64,000 nucleotides of DNA from Somniosus microcephalus (Eukaryota), in the NCBI GenBank assembly GCA_052327205.1, contig CM126209.1:195486001-195550000 (forward strand), in the 5' to 3' direction. Within the stretch, counting starts at the first letter, position 1, and each line of letters begins with the position of its first letter. The notes under the pieces are model-generated. The model made no database searches and was not told the origin of the DNA. It saw only the letters and a program-made list of their open reading frames with translations. The translations under genes were made by a program, and so were the position numbers. This document shows positions 48,221 through 61,625 of this stretch, piece by piece.

Positions 48221-49768
48221 TTCAAGAAAGCTGAGGAAAGTATGGCTGAAAAAGCTCATTGTTTCTGCATACGTAGCTTCAATTAACTGACCACAAATTG
48301 TCTAAATATGGGTATTGATCGCATAATTTTCATTCTCTTCATACAATAGCTAGGTAAAGCTAGCAAATCTGACAGGTTTTCAGATTTGGTCATTTATTGT
48401 CATTCTTTGTCTTGTATAATATTCTGAATCTTTTCCAAGCATTTTCTTGCCATTTTGTATGCAGGCACTGATTTGATTTCCCTTGGTCCCTCCCATACTG
48501 CAAGAGTAATTATCTGAATATCAATTGTTCCCAGTGGTCACTGTCCTTTCCAACGCTCGTAGGATTAAAACAAAAATTCAATGCAAAACTATAATTAATC
48601 TTAAACATATACCTATTGCTAGTGATGCTCACATCTGATTAAGTGTAGATTTTATGGATATTAAATTCTTAATTTATGTGTATTTAATAAGAGCTCTTCA
48701 GAATCTAGTGATTTTTGCTAAGTGATCAAATGTTCTACATGCATTTGAGCTAGCTGTATGGTACCTCTGAGCATATTCAGTTAACCTCACAAAATCTTAC
48801 CCTGAACTTGAATAAAAGGCATGTCTGACAAATATTCTTTGGGACTTGTCAAAAGTCCACATTTTTGACTAAGTATTTTATTTTGGTCAGCATCTTAAAA
48901 TTGCTGCACTTAGTTAAACAAAATAAAGGTCTGTTCACTTCCAAGAGGAGTCCCGTTTGAATGATAACATTTTAGTTGCCCCAAAATTTGCTGGTTTTGG
49001 CATTCTGGCTGAAAAGAGCTAAAGAGATGGTGGGAAGGAGCTATCGAGGGAACAGTGGTTGCATGATGGTCTTAAAGGAGCAGTAGTCCTGAAACCAGCA
49101 CTGCCCATTCTTCCTTCTCCAAGGGATGGGATTTGCTGACTTTAGACCTAGATTTATGGTATTCGAAGAGAAAACATTAACATTTTTTATTAGTTTACAG
49201 CGATTAAAATTGCTGACTTACTGTAGCAATTGTAGTTTACATAGTATATGTTAATTACTTTTAGAACTACTGTATTAAGGCTTCTTAAAATGTTGCTATG
49301 TTCCCTTTCTACAACTGTGATAAAAATGATCCCAATACACAAGCTAAAATATTATTAGCATTTTGCAGCAGTTTAATCAAGTACTTGAATTAGTTTCAAT
49401 CCCTGACTTGGTAAAATAATCAAGATTTGTTGATCACAAAAATATTGCATCTTCGTTGTTGTATTCTGTCTCTTTCTAAGTAATGATGCTGTCAACAGCA
49501 TACTGAATAAATCCAAGATCAGTCTAAGTGGCTGAAAGTATTGGTTGTGCAGTTCAAGGCACATTGTTTATTAGGTTATTGATGATACTAGTCTTATGTA
49601 GGACAGAATCTGAAATGTCTACTGCCTGGTTTGATGAATAGTCAATTCTACTTAACCAGTGAATTGAGTAGATTTTCTGAACCCTGTGATTTTAGCTGCA
49701 AGTCCAAATCAACAGGAATCTGAACAAAATGTGTCTCTCATGGTGAAACTTTACATTTATTTTTACAG

Positions 49769-51414
49769 AGGAGGCACAGAATCAACGAGACATGCAGTGC
49801 AGCTGATCAATGCACTAATTCAGGATCCTGCAAAGGAACTGGAGGATTTGATTCCTCGGAATCACATCAAAAGTGTCACAGCCAACACAAGAATGGGGTC
49901 CACAGCTGCCACAACTACAGCTAGCACTACAACTGCAGGAAACCGAATAACCGTTTCAATGATGTCTTCCTCTGCAACAGCTTCGCTGTCTGCACCATCA
50001 TCCACATCATTACAATCCATTAACAAACCTGGTAAAAACATTGTATCAAACAATATGCGTCCTACATTTTCAGTCTCGCTTCCTTTGGCTTATTCACATC
50101 CGCAGTTAGCACATGCTTTGCTGGCTGCTCAAACTATCCAGCAGATTCGGCACCCTCGCTTACCCATGGCACACTTTGGAGGAACCTTCTCTCCATCACC
50201 AAACACTTGGGGTCCTTTCCCAGTAAGACCTGTAAGTCCTGGAAGCGCCAACAGTTCACCGAAACATAACACAACTCGTCTCCATAACCAGGGTAGTAAT
50301 GTTATTCATCCCGACATTGGTAGTTCAGCTTCTATCAACTCACCTTCTGTGGCTGTGAGTTCTCCAACTTTCACCACACAGTCTCTGTGTGTCACAAGCA
50401 ACTCAACTCCATCATCGGTTAGAAAACAACTCTTCACCTCGGTCAATAAAACTAACGCCATGATATCAGTGACTTCAGCTGTGACGAGCAGTTCCTGCTC
50501 ACTGCCCACAAGTTCAACTGTATCAGTGAGCAATGGGCAACCTCCTACTCCACCAACCCCTCCGCCACTTGTTGCACAGCCTTCTCAACAGTCCATGTCA
50601 TTGACTAAGAATGAACCATTCACCACCTCCACTGCGAAGGAAGAGGTGACCACCACAGAACAGCCTGCAGGAAGCCAATGTGCACTTTCAAATGTCTGCA
50701 GCAGCTCTTCAGTCAACAGTAATTCTGGAGCTATAGGAATACAACCGACCTCTTCACTGCCCAGCATTCTGCCGCAAATTCAATGCCGTAGTTCCTCTGA
50801 TATTCGACCTACTTTGCCGAAGCCTTATATTTCAAATCCAGATCATGGATTAGTGGCCCCAAGCAGTCTCGCATCTACTCGCCCAGTTACTATGTCGGCT
50901 TGCCCTAATGTTCAGACCAACAACACTTTACCTCAGTTAGCTGCAGCCTCTCAAGTATCTCACAGAATACAACCTGGTGCTCCTTTCTATCCCCTAGTCC
51001 AGCAAGAGCCGCAATCAGTTTTTGTCCCAAACCCAGTTCCAATGGTTTCTACCCAAGATCCTATGAAGCAGCATGGCGTACCTTCTCCTATGCAGCTTTC
51101 ATCTGCACTTGGCATGCTGAATGTTTCTCAGATCCACGCAAACCCAGGAAGCAAATCCTTGCCTCCAAATTTTGGCTCTGCAGCCCTCTTCAGCCCTTTC
51201 AACAGTTTCTTCGACAATACCCAGGTGTCAGCAAATCATGTGTGGGGAAGTTGTCCACTGCCATCGCGGCCAACACAAGATCCAACGTTTAGTGGACATT
51301 CTAACTACATGGGCAGTTCTGTACTTGGACAGTTAGACGCAGTACTTTCTCATGATAATTCCAAGGCTCCTGGTTTCAGGCCACCTTCACAAAGGGTGAC
51401 TTCAAGCCCCACAG
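49769..51414 (+). CDS. ANKHD1: ANKHD1 large exon: end of KH domain plus Ser/Thr/Pro-rich region (GGTESTRHAVQLINALIQDP...QRVTSSPT)
   Basis: ORF 49686-51479; ttttacag acceptor and CAG|gtgag donor; 1646 nt. Confidence 0.95.
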
Positions 51415-52389
51415 GTGAGATGAACAGTAGATGTGAATTACCTAAATATATTTGTTTATTAAATGGTGGTCCTTATTAGTTTTGAAGATGCTGATTTGAA
51501 CAACTTTTATGAATAGCATTGTGTAATAACTCTTTAAAAAAATTCTGAACTTTTACCAATAGTTTGCTAAATATTTCTCTCTTATTTGCTTTCTTCTCTC
51601 TTTCTCTTACACCCACCCTTTTTCAGGGACTTCTCACGCTACAGGTTCAACCATCAAGGCAGGACTGTTTGGGGCGAGAGGAACAATTTCATTTCTCGCC
51701 ACCTGCCCCCCTCTTTCTCTTCTCTTTCTTCCCCCCCCCCCCCCCCCCAACTCCTTGAGATGGGCTATCTCGCTTCTTTGTGAGGTTTCACTTAATGTCC
51801 TGCTTAGGAACTGATGGACTCTTCAATTATAGGAATCGATCTGTGACGATGCTAGTGGCTTAGTTACCATTTTTAGGCCGAGAGGCTGGCAAATGATCTG
51901 TCGTTTGCCATTTGCCGTCTTCAGTGGCCGGTGTCCCTTTTTTGTTGTTGAGCTGTATCAATATTGGACCTTAAGTTGCAAGATTTGTAGAGATATAAAG
52001 TTATTAATTCAAGCTACTTCACTTCCTTCCCTCACTCTACTAGACAATGGGAGGGGCGGGGGGCTGCTTTGCGGCAATGCTGTCTGAACCCTAACATCAC
52101 TTTAGTAATGTAACACTTTGCCAGATCTTAAATGAACTTCAGATTGGTTGCTGCTCATCAAACACAAGTTCCCTTTGAAAATGAAAGCTCTTACAATAAT
52201 CCATGGTTGCAGTTTGTGTGGCTGTAAGAATCAATCGGTGACCTCATAAATTAGTGCCGAGATTTTAAAATGGGCTCTCATTGCTTGGATTCTCTCAATA
52301 TTAGGAAAGCTGAAAATAACCCAAATACATTTATGCACCTTTGGAAAAATGGCTTGTGACCTCAGTAAGTTAGACTTTAGACACGCAAA

Positions 52390-52850
52390 TGACCTTTGAA
52401 GGGGTACAACACAGATTTACCAGTGATTCCATGGTTTAAAGTATAAAATTATAAGGACAGGTTGCATAAAGTTGGCTGGTATTCTCTTGATTTTAGAAGG
52501 ATCTAATCAAGGCGTTTAAAATAGGGTAGAGACAGAAGAACTAGTTCCTCTGCTGGGGTAATCCAAAACAGGTGGGCACAATCTTAAAATTAAAGCTAGG
52601 CCAGTAAGGAGAGAAATCAGGGAGCACCTTTTCACACAAAGGGTAGTGGAAATCTGGAACTTGCTCCCCTAAAATGCTGTGGATGCCGGGTCAAGTGAAA
52701 TTTTCAAGATTGTGATAGATTTTTGTTTGGTAAGGCTCAAGGGATATGGAGAAAAGGCAGGTAAATTGAGTTCAAGTACAGATCAGCCTTGATCTAATAG
52801 AATGGCAGAACAGGCTAGAGAGGCTGAATATCCTACTCTTGTTCCTTATT
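52390..52850 (+). mobile_element. CR1 3' fragment
   Basis: VQHRFT, FTQRVVEIWNLLP and a 3' UTR stem-loop-like sequence. Confidence 0.75.
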
Positions 52851-53241
52851 AGGTGATGGTCATAAAACATTTTTCTTAGATTAGAATAACACGAGTTTTG
52901 TGACGTGGTACATTTGTAGCATGTCAATAATAGTTCAACAGTTCTAGGGTAAAATCTACATTTGAAATAATTGTTTTTAAAATGCATATTTTTAAATTAG
53001 TCCCTTTTGGTTTACAATGACGTGCATGTCTGTGCTTGCATTTCAATTTTTTGAAAGACTCCGACAACTACTTTTTCTCTACCCTTTTTTTGCAATGAGA
53101 CTTTGGTGAGCGCTACTCACACTTGTAGTTTGAATTATTACCCCTTTATTAGAGAGAGAAATGTGCAAGTTGTTAAGTCACTTTTAATGTGCATTTCTCA
53201 AATATTCCATTACATGTACTTTTTTAAAAATGTTTTTGAAG

Positions 53242-53433
53242 GAATGTCTGCTATGGACCCATCAGGCAATGCCATTTCTTCCTCTTCCACCCCAATGACG
53301 AGTTTTGCTCCAAGTATGGCTGGAAGTCAGGTGTATGTACAAGGACCAGCCCCTGTAGGAATGCCTGCTCCTAGCTTCAGCAGACAACATTTTTCCCCAC
53401 ACCCTTGGAGTTCAACAACTGCTCCAGCTACAT
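53242..53433 (+). CDS. ANKHD1: ANKHD1 exon (GMSAMDPSG...FSRQHFSPHPWSSTTAPAT)
   Basis: ttttgaag acceptor and CAT|gtatgt donor; 192 nt, phase 1-1. Confidence 0.88.
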
Positions 53434-55364
53434 GTATGTACAAGCCAATCCTTTCTGTATTTTAGTGGCGTTTTTGGGGGTGGGAGGTTATGCTCCTCAA
53501 TCTAGGATCCACTACTTGTTAATGCATTCATTTAAAAACTTCCAGTAGGTCCAATCTTCAAAATATAGCTAGAAAATTGTGATGCTAACATTGCAAAACA
53601 AAAAATTATAAAAGAGGCAGCACCAAGGATGTACTTAATAGCCCTGAGAATTTGGATACAGCCAGTGGTTCTTGTGGCAATGTTGTTTTCAGAAATGTTT
53701 CGCTTGTATATAAAGCCAGTTAAATTCACATTCTCTCCCAACGATTACATTTGAAAACATCATGTTATGTGGATAAATTTTAAATGTTCTGGATGACACT
53801 TGTATGCTATGAATAAATGTCTGTCAGGACGCATAAACTTGGTGGTCTTGATAATTCCATATCCCAGAAACCTGTCAATTTAAATTGAAAATGAAACCAG
53901 TTGCCAACTTCAGTCAATTATTTCTTAACCTTTCATTATTTCCTGAGTGCCAAATGCTTATCCTGTAGAATAAATTGTATTGCATTTTCATACAAGTATA
54001 TAAAACCATGGGTTATCATAATTGTCCTTGTTTGTGTATCTCCAACTTGGGGGCAACTAATGAGTGACTGCTATTCTCCTTCATACTTTAACATACTTTA
54101 AGATGCATTTTTAACCTTCACCAGTTGGGATAGGGGAGGAGGATGGCAGCGAATTAAGATTCAGTCTGGCCCCATAGGAACATTAGCATGTCAACCTCAG
54201 CAAAAAAAAAAGTCAGATATTAAGCAGCAACTTGCATTTATATAGTGCCTTTACCATAGTAAAAATGTCCCACGGTGCTTCACAGGAGTGTTATCAGACA
54301 AAACATGACAAATTTGATGGGTGTCCTTCCACTTTTGAAAGAAGGCAGAGTTGAAGCACATTAGAAATGTTGTACTTCAGTAACTTTACAATCAGTTTAC
54401 CCCTCTTATCAGACACACGCTGCTCCTGTGTCTCATTCGTGCATTTGTAAGAAGCAATGTGTTTGGTAAAACTCAAAAAGGAGTTTTTGATTTGGGGATT
54501 TCCTCACATTTTATGCGTTCCTTTTAAAAGATCATGCTAAGGATTGTGTGTAAAGGAACATTATGTACTTGAACACCAACATCATCTCCCCATAAAACAT
54601 TTCTCAGATTGCCAGCAACTTATGTGATCTCTCCTCTGCTTCTTGGTTCCCTTGGGTATTAAGCGAGTTGGAAAGCTTTCCTGTACTGTCTACACATCCA
54701 TAAGCATTAACGTCTAGCCTTAATCAATTAGATGGATTTGTTTTAAAGATTTGCTGAACACTGAGATAATTAGTTTAGTTTCTCCTAACATTGAATTTGT
54801 TCAATACCAAAGTTATTCTATTGAAGACGCATTTAAAGATGGCATCAAAACAAAAACCATTAACATATTTTGGTCAAGAAAATAGTGCTAGAAAAGATGT
54901 ATGCTAATACATTTTCAGAATTTTTTTTTCATTCACTAACATTTGCATGTCTAAGTGTTTTCTTCAATATTTTTGACTGCTGTTTAAATGAAGTGCAAAA
55001 ACATTTCTAACCAACACTTCGAAGGGAAGGCTTGTTGATCTCTAGACCTGTTACTTTCTGTAAAGATCTGAATTTTTACTGATTAAAATTTTTTTTTAAA
55101 AAGGAATCAAAATCAGAACCATACATACAATGCTGACCTTCACTCTTTTAATTGGTGAGAAGTAAGCATCATCTAGACATATGTCTGAGTTTAATTTCTG
55201 TTTCATGTGAGGTTTTTTTTTCTAGTGGGTATGGTTCAGAATTTATAGTTACAAAAATCACATTATAGAGCACTGCAATTGAAAAGAATTGTACTTTTGG
55301 AGCAATGCTGTTTTACAAATTGTTGGATGTTACTTACTACTTTTTGGACTAAATTTCCATGCAG

Positions 55365-55619
55365 GTGAATCCCCTCCATCGGTTTCTTCTGGAGCCTCTT
55401 CACCCTTATCTGCTGCTTCTGCACCTCCTTCCTTGGGCCAGCCAAAATCGAGTAATGCGAACCAGGATCGGAAGGTACCACCACCTATTGGAACAGAAAG
55501 GTCAGCTCGCATTAGGCAGACTGGGTCTATGACGCCACTTTCCACCATGATGAGTAGTAACCTGACAACTCCTGTAGGACAAGGAGGGATCTGGTCTTTT
55601 GGTGTCAGCAATAATTCAG
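55365..55619 (+). CDS. ANKHD1: ANKHD1 exon (CESPPSVSSG...DRKVPPPIGTERSARIRQ...IWSFGVSNNS)
   Basis: tgcag acceptor and CAG|gtgag donor; 255 nt; PPPIGTER motif. Confidence 0.92.
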
Positions 55620-55722
55620 GTGAGGAATGTGTTGGAGATCTGTAGGGAGTTAAAGTGGCAGGGTTAAGCGCTAAAGGTACAAACACTTGTCGTTTTCTTA
55701 GAGGAATGGGTTTCTCTTTCAG

Positions 55723-55898
55723 ATGGCATATCTGGCTGGTCCCAAGGTGTGATGGGTGGTCACTTAATGCATCAATCTATATCAGACTCAGCTTCATTTT
55801 CACAACATCAGACATTGGAAAGAGATGATACTGGAATTGTGGCACCTTCAAACACATTCCATCAGCCAGTGCCAAGCAACTTCATGGATTATAACAAG
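55723..55898 (+). CDS. ANKHD1: ANKHD1 exon (DGISGWSQGVMGGH...ERDDTGIVAPSNTFHQP...DYNK); last exon in the window
   Basis: ctctttcag acceptor and AAG|gtgagt donor; 176 nt; the remaining C-terminal exons were not seen before 64000. Confidence 0.92.
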
Positions 55899-56460
55899 GT
55901 GAGTGAAAGTTACTTGATTTTTTTTTAATAGAGCATGAATATCAGAGTAGTAATTTGTGCATAATAAGCAAAACTGCACAATGAATTGTAGTTGCAGCAC
56001 AATTAATCAATTTGACAAACTACTTACAGGCTGAATTTTTTAGCCATTTTTGGTGGGACTTGATGCCACAATACAGCTATGCATGCATGATAAGGTAGTG
56101 TATTGTAATTTTAAAGCCTGATCAAAAACATACAATTAATGGTTATTTTTCCTCACAACTTCAATGTAGCTCGTGCACTTGCAACAATTTGGAGAAAAAG
56201 CTGTGCAGTAGCTCACTGGGGGCAAACACTTCTGTTGGAAACTTGACCTGTTCATAACTGGTATTAGCAGCATTGTATCAAAATCAAGTTTACATATAGT
56301 TTATGTTGGTTTTGTCCCCAACTCTCAAGTATAGCAGCTCACTGCAAGCAAACTAAGTTCCATTTACATTATAGAATAGCTAACCTTCTTCAATTGTTTA
56401 CTCTTGACAAGTAAATAAAGAATCTCATCGAAATAGGGCACAGTACCTTTTCAACAGAAA

Positions 56461-57380
56461 GTACTTATATAGCCCCTTTAATGTAGTGAAACATTCTAAG
56501 GCGCTTCACAGGAATGTAATCAGATAAAAATTGACACAGAGCCAAAGTATTAGGATGGGTGACTAATCGCTTGGTCAGAGGTGGGGTTTTAAGCAGTATC
56601 TTCAAGGAGTTGGAAAATGCAGTTGTAAGTGGGGAGATTTTTTTCCGGGGGACGCAGAAGGAAGTGGGGTTGGAAGGGAATGGTGAGGGGTACAAGGAAG
56701 TGATAAGAGATTACCTTGTTTGTGAACATGATGGAAATAGAGAGACTATATGCGAAGGCAAGGTAGAGGGGATGGCCATGAATATGGGTAGAGAGCATTT
56801 ATATGGAGGGAGAGGTTATGGGTGAACCGTGAAAGAGGGCAAGGCGATTTCTGATGGCTTTTGAAATCGCCAAGCATGAAAAGTCTCTCGGTACAGAGCA
56901 TGAATGAGGAAAGCAAGAGGATATCTCGGTGAGAAGCTTGGGTGGGTGGTAGAGAAAGAGAAGTTTTTAAAGGAGAAGTGAGACGGGTGGAACATGGTGG
57001 GGTGCTCAAAGGGGGCAAAGGTGTCAGAGGAGTCGAGGGACAGACCAAGGTGAAATTTGATGATGAGCCATAATGTCACTGTGGCAGTTTGAGTGGGGCA
57101 TGTGGTGGACGGTATAGCTAGACGGGGAAGCTTCAGTAAGGGGCAAGGTGTCATAATTTATGAGCCAAGTTTCTGTCAGGGCCATGATGTCAATGCAGTC
57201 ATTCACAATAAGGTCCTGGATGGAAAGGGCCTTGGTTGCAGGTGAATGGACATTCTGGAGGGAGATATGGAGAAGAGTGGTGACTGTTGATCCGCTGGCA
57301 GAGCCCACGAGACCAGTGGTGGGAGGAGTGAGTAGGACGGGAAGGAGGTTGGCAAGCTTAGCCCCCAGCTTCATCCTCAA
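56461..57380 (-). mobile_element. L2-clade LINE, internally deleted (endonuclease N-terminus joined to 3' tail)
   Basis: ORF 57024-57380 LQNVHS..DIMALTETWL (APE endonuclease); L2 tail at about 56461-56610 with no RT in between. Confidence 0.65.
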
Positions 57381-58139
57381 AATGACAATGCAGAATATGT
57401 CCTCTCAAGCCTCTCCACATACAAGGCTTTGTTCTAGATTTGCATTTCAGTTTTGTTAGCAATATTAATTGTTTTGCAATAAGAAAGCAAACTCGCAATT
57501 TGAAAGAAAGGTCTATTAATGCCTAAATTTCAGTACAACCTGAAGAAACTGAAAAAAATTACAAATTTCTGAAGAATACATACAAATGGTTAAAGTTGAC
57601 CTCACCAGCTCAACAAATCAAGTCTGCTTATGAGTTATTGTTCTTGAGCTGCAGTCTCATTTCCTGTCATTTGATGGCTGCCTACTTCTTTGTCTGTTAA
57701 GGATAGATCAGCAGCAATTAGATAATATACGTGGAGTTTAAGAAATATGAGCTGGATTGGGTAGTCTGTCTTGACTTGGTCATGCGATTTTGCATTCCAT
57801 GTTTGTATACTGAACTGGTACAGCCCATGTAGATCTTGATGTCAGCTTCAGCTATGGGAGGTCATTCCCTCTGGTGCTGGCATTAGCTTTGAGTAACACT
57901 TCTACATAACGGCAGCTGTTGGCTGCTACCAACGTTGCTTCAAACTTGTCTCAGTCAAGCTAAAAGGAATTTTGGACTCCAGTCTTGAGGTTTTAGTTCC
58001 TTTTGATTTCATCGTGGACCTGGTGAACCTTCCTTTGTTACATTTAACACAGTGTAGAATAGCATCAAACAAGCCCCAGGTCTGTCTTTTTTACGCTCTG
58101 GCTAAAGTTGTTAAGTTGTAAAGTCTTTATGCCACAGCA

Positions 58140-58768
58140 AGAACATAAGACGTCGGAGCAGGAGTAGGTCATTTGGCCCCTTGAGCCTGCTCCGCCATTC
58201 AATAAGATCATGGCTGATCTGATCTTCGCCTCAACTCCACTTCCCTGCCGACTCCTCATAACCCTTGACTCCCTTATCGTTCAAAAATCTGTCTATCTCC
58301 ACTTTAAATATATTCAATGACCCAACCTCCACAGCTCTCTGAGGAAGAGAATTCCAAAGAATCACAACCATCTGAGAAGAAATTCCCCCTCATTTCCGAT
58401 TTAAAAGGGTGCCCCCTTATTCAGAAATTATGCCCCCTAGTTCTAGATTCCCCCACGAGGGGAAACGTCCTCTCTGTATCTACCCCGTCAAGTCCCTTCA
58501 GAATCTTATGTTACAATAAGATCCCCTCTCATTCTTCTAAACTCCAATGAGTATAGGCCCAACCTGCTCAACCTTTCCTCATAAGACAACCCTTCACCTC
58601 CAGAATCAACCTCGTGAACCTTCTCTGAACTGCTTCCAGTGCAAGTATATCCTTCCTTAAATAAGGAGACCAAAACTGTATGCAGTACTCCAGGTGTGGT
58701 CTCACCAATGCTCTGTACAGTTGTAACAGGACTTCCCTACTTTTATACCCCATTCCCTTTGCAATAAA
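58140..58768 (-). mobile_element. CR1 3' fragment, abutted by the tail of the next CR1
   Basis: ORF 58568-58810 [19 protein letters not shown]; CTTATGTTCTT tail. Confidence 0.9.
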
Positions 58769-61625
58769 CATAGAAGATAGGAGCAGGAATAGGCCATTTA
58801 ATGAGATCAAGGCTGATCATCCAAATTCAGTACCCTGTCCCTGCTTTCTCCCCATATCCCTTGATCCCTTTAGCCTTAACAAATATATCTAACTCCTTCT
58901 TGAATATATTTAATGAATTGGCCTCAACTGCCTTCTGTGGTAGAGAATTCCACAGGTTCACCACTCTCTGGGGGAAGAAATTCCTCCTCATCTCAGTCCT
59001 AAATGGCTTACCCCTTAACCTTAGACTGTGACCACTGGTTTTGGACTCCCCGCCATCGGGAACATCCTTCCTGCATCTAGTCTGTCTAGTCCTGTTAGAA
59101 TTTTATAAGTTTCAATGAGATCCCCTCTCATTCTTCTAAACTCTAGCGAATATAAGCCTAATCGACCCAATCTCTCACCATACATCATTCCTGCCATCCC
59201 AGGTATCAGTCTGGTGAATCTTCGCTGCACTCCCTCCATGGCAAGAACATCCTTCCTCAGATAAGGCGACCAAAACTGCACACAATACTCAAGGTGTGGT
59301 CTCACCAAGGCCCTGTACAACTGCAGCAAGACATCCTTGCTCCTGTACTCGAATCCTCTCGCTACGAAGGCCAACATACCATTTGCCTTCTTAACCGCTT
59401 GCTGCACCTGCATGCTTACCTTCAGCGACTGGTGCACAAGGACACCTGGGTCTCGTTACAATTCCCCTTTTCCCAATCTATTGCCATTCAGATAATCTGC
59501 CTTCCTGTTTTTGCCACCAAAGTGGATAACCTTACATTTATCCACATTATACTGCATCTGCCATGCATCTGCCCAATCACCCAACCTGTCCAAATCATGC
59601 TGGAGTTTCTCCGCATCCTCCTCACAGCACACCCGCCCACCCAGCTTTGTGTCGTCTGCAAACTTGGAGATATTACATCTAGTTCCCTCGTCTAGATCAT
59701 CATTAATATATATTGTGAATAGCTGGGGTCCTAGCACCGATCCCTGCGGTACCCCACTAGTCACTGCCTACCACTCGGGGGGGAAAAAGACCCGTTTATT
59801 CCAACTCTTTGCTTCCTGTCTGCCAACCAGTTCTCTATCCAAGTCAGTACCTTACGCCCAATCCCATGCGCTTTAACTTTGCAAGCTAATCTCTTATGCA
59901 GGACCTTATCGAAAGCCTTCTGAAAGTCCAAATACACCACATCCACTGGTTCTCCCTTATCTATTCTACCAGTTACATCCTCAAAAAAATTCCAGTGGAT
60001 TAGTCCAGCATGATTTACCTTTTGTAAATCCATGTTGACTTTGTCCGATCCTGTCACTGTTTTCCAAGTGCTCTGCTATTACATCTTTTATAATGGACTC
60101 TAGCATTTTCCCCACTACTGATGTCAGACTTACCGGTCTATAATTCCCCGTTTTCTCTCTACCACCTTTTTTAAATAGTGGGGTTACATTAGCTAGCCTC
60201 CAATCCATGGGAACTGTTCCAGAGTCTATAGAATTTTGGAAGATGACCAGCAATGCATCTACTATTCCTAGGGCCACTTTCTTAAGTACCCTAGGATGTA
60301 GATTATCAGGCCCTGGGGATTTATTGGCCTTCAATCCCGTCAATTTCCCTAACACCATTTCCCTACAAATACTGATTTCATTCAATTCCGCCCTCTCATT
60401 AGACCCTATGTTCCCCGACATCTCTGGGAGGCTATTTGTGTCGTCCTTTGTGAAGACGGAACTAAAGTATGTATTTAATTGGTATGCCATTTCTTTGTTC
60501 CCCATTATAAATTCCCCTGATTCTGACTGCAAGGGACCTACGTTTGACTTCACCAATCTTTTTCTCTTCACATATCTATAGAAGCTTTTACAGTCAGTTT
60601 TTATGTTCCCTTGCAAGCTTACTCTCATACTCTATTTTACCCCTCTTAATTAATCCCTTTGTTCTCCTTTGAATCCTAAACTGCTCCCAATCCTCAGGTT
60701 TGCTGCTTTTTCTGGCCAATTTATATGTCCCCTCCTTGGATCTTATGCTATCCCTAATTTCCCTTGTTAGCCACGGTTGAGTCACCTTTTTTGTTTTATT
60801 TTTATGCCAAACCGGGATGAACAAATTCTGTAGTTCATCCACGCGATCTTTAAATGTTTGCCATTGCCTATCCACCGTCAACCCTTTAACTAACATTCCC
60901 CAATCCATCCTAGCCAACTCGCGCCTCATACCATCGTAGTTTCCTTTATTTAAATTCAGGACCCTAGTCTCTGAGTCAACTACTTCACTCTCCATCTTAA
61001 TGAAGAATTCGATCATATTATGATCGCTCCTCCCCAAGGGGCCTCGCACAACAAGATTGCTAATTAATCCTTTCTCATTACATAATACCCAGTTTAAGAT
61101 GGCCTGATCTCTAGTTGGTTCCTCGACATATTGGTCCAGGAAACCATCCCGTATACACTCTAGGAATTCCTCCTCCACAGTATTGTTACTAATTTGGTTA
61201 GCCCAATCTATATGTAGATTAAAGTCACCCATGATAACTGCTGTGTCCTTATTGCACGCATCTCTAATTTCCCGTTTAATGCCATCCCCAACCTCAGCAT
61301 TACTGTTTGGGGGTCTGTATACAACTCCCACTAATGTTTTCTGCCCCTTGGTATTTCTCAGCTCTACCCATACAGATTCCACATCATGAGAGCTTATATC
61401 CTTCCTTACTATTGTGTTAATCTCTTTAACCAGCAATGCTACCCACCTCCTTTTCCTTTTTGCCTGTCCTTCCTGAATATTGAATACCCCTGGATGTTGA
61501 TTTCCCAGCCTTGGTCACCCTGGAGCCATGTCTCCGTAATCCCAATTATGTCATATTTGTTTACATCTATTTGCGCAGCTAATTCATCCACCTTATTACG
61601 AATGCTCCTCGCATTAAGAGACAAA

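Noticed and set aside
8868-55898. Calling the gene ANKRD17
   Set aside because: Diagnostic ankyrin and KH residues (LVSVLIAR, GRAEVV, VVQYLV, SREESRK, IMGRGGCNITAIQDVTGAHIDVDK) match ANKHD1 as I recall it
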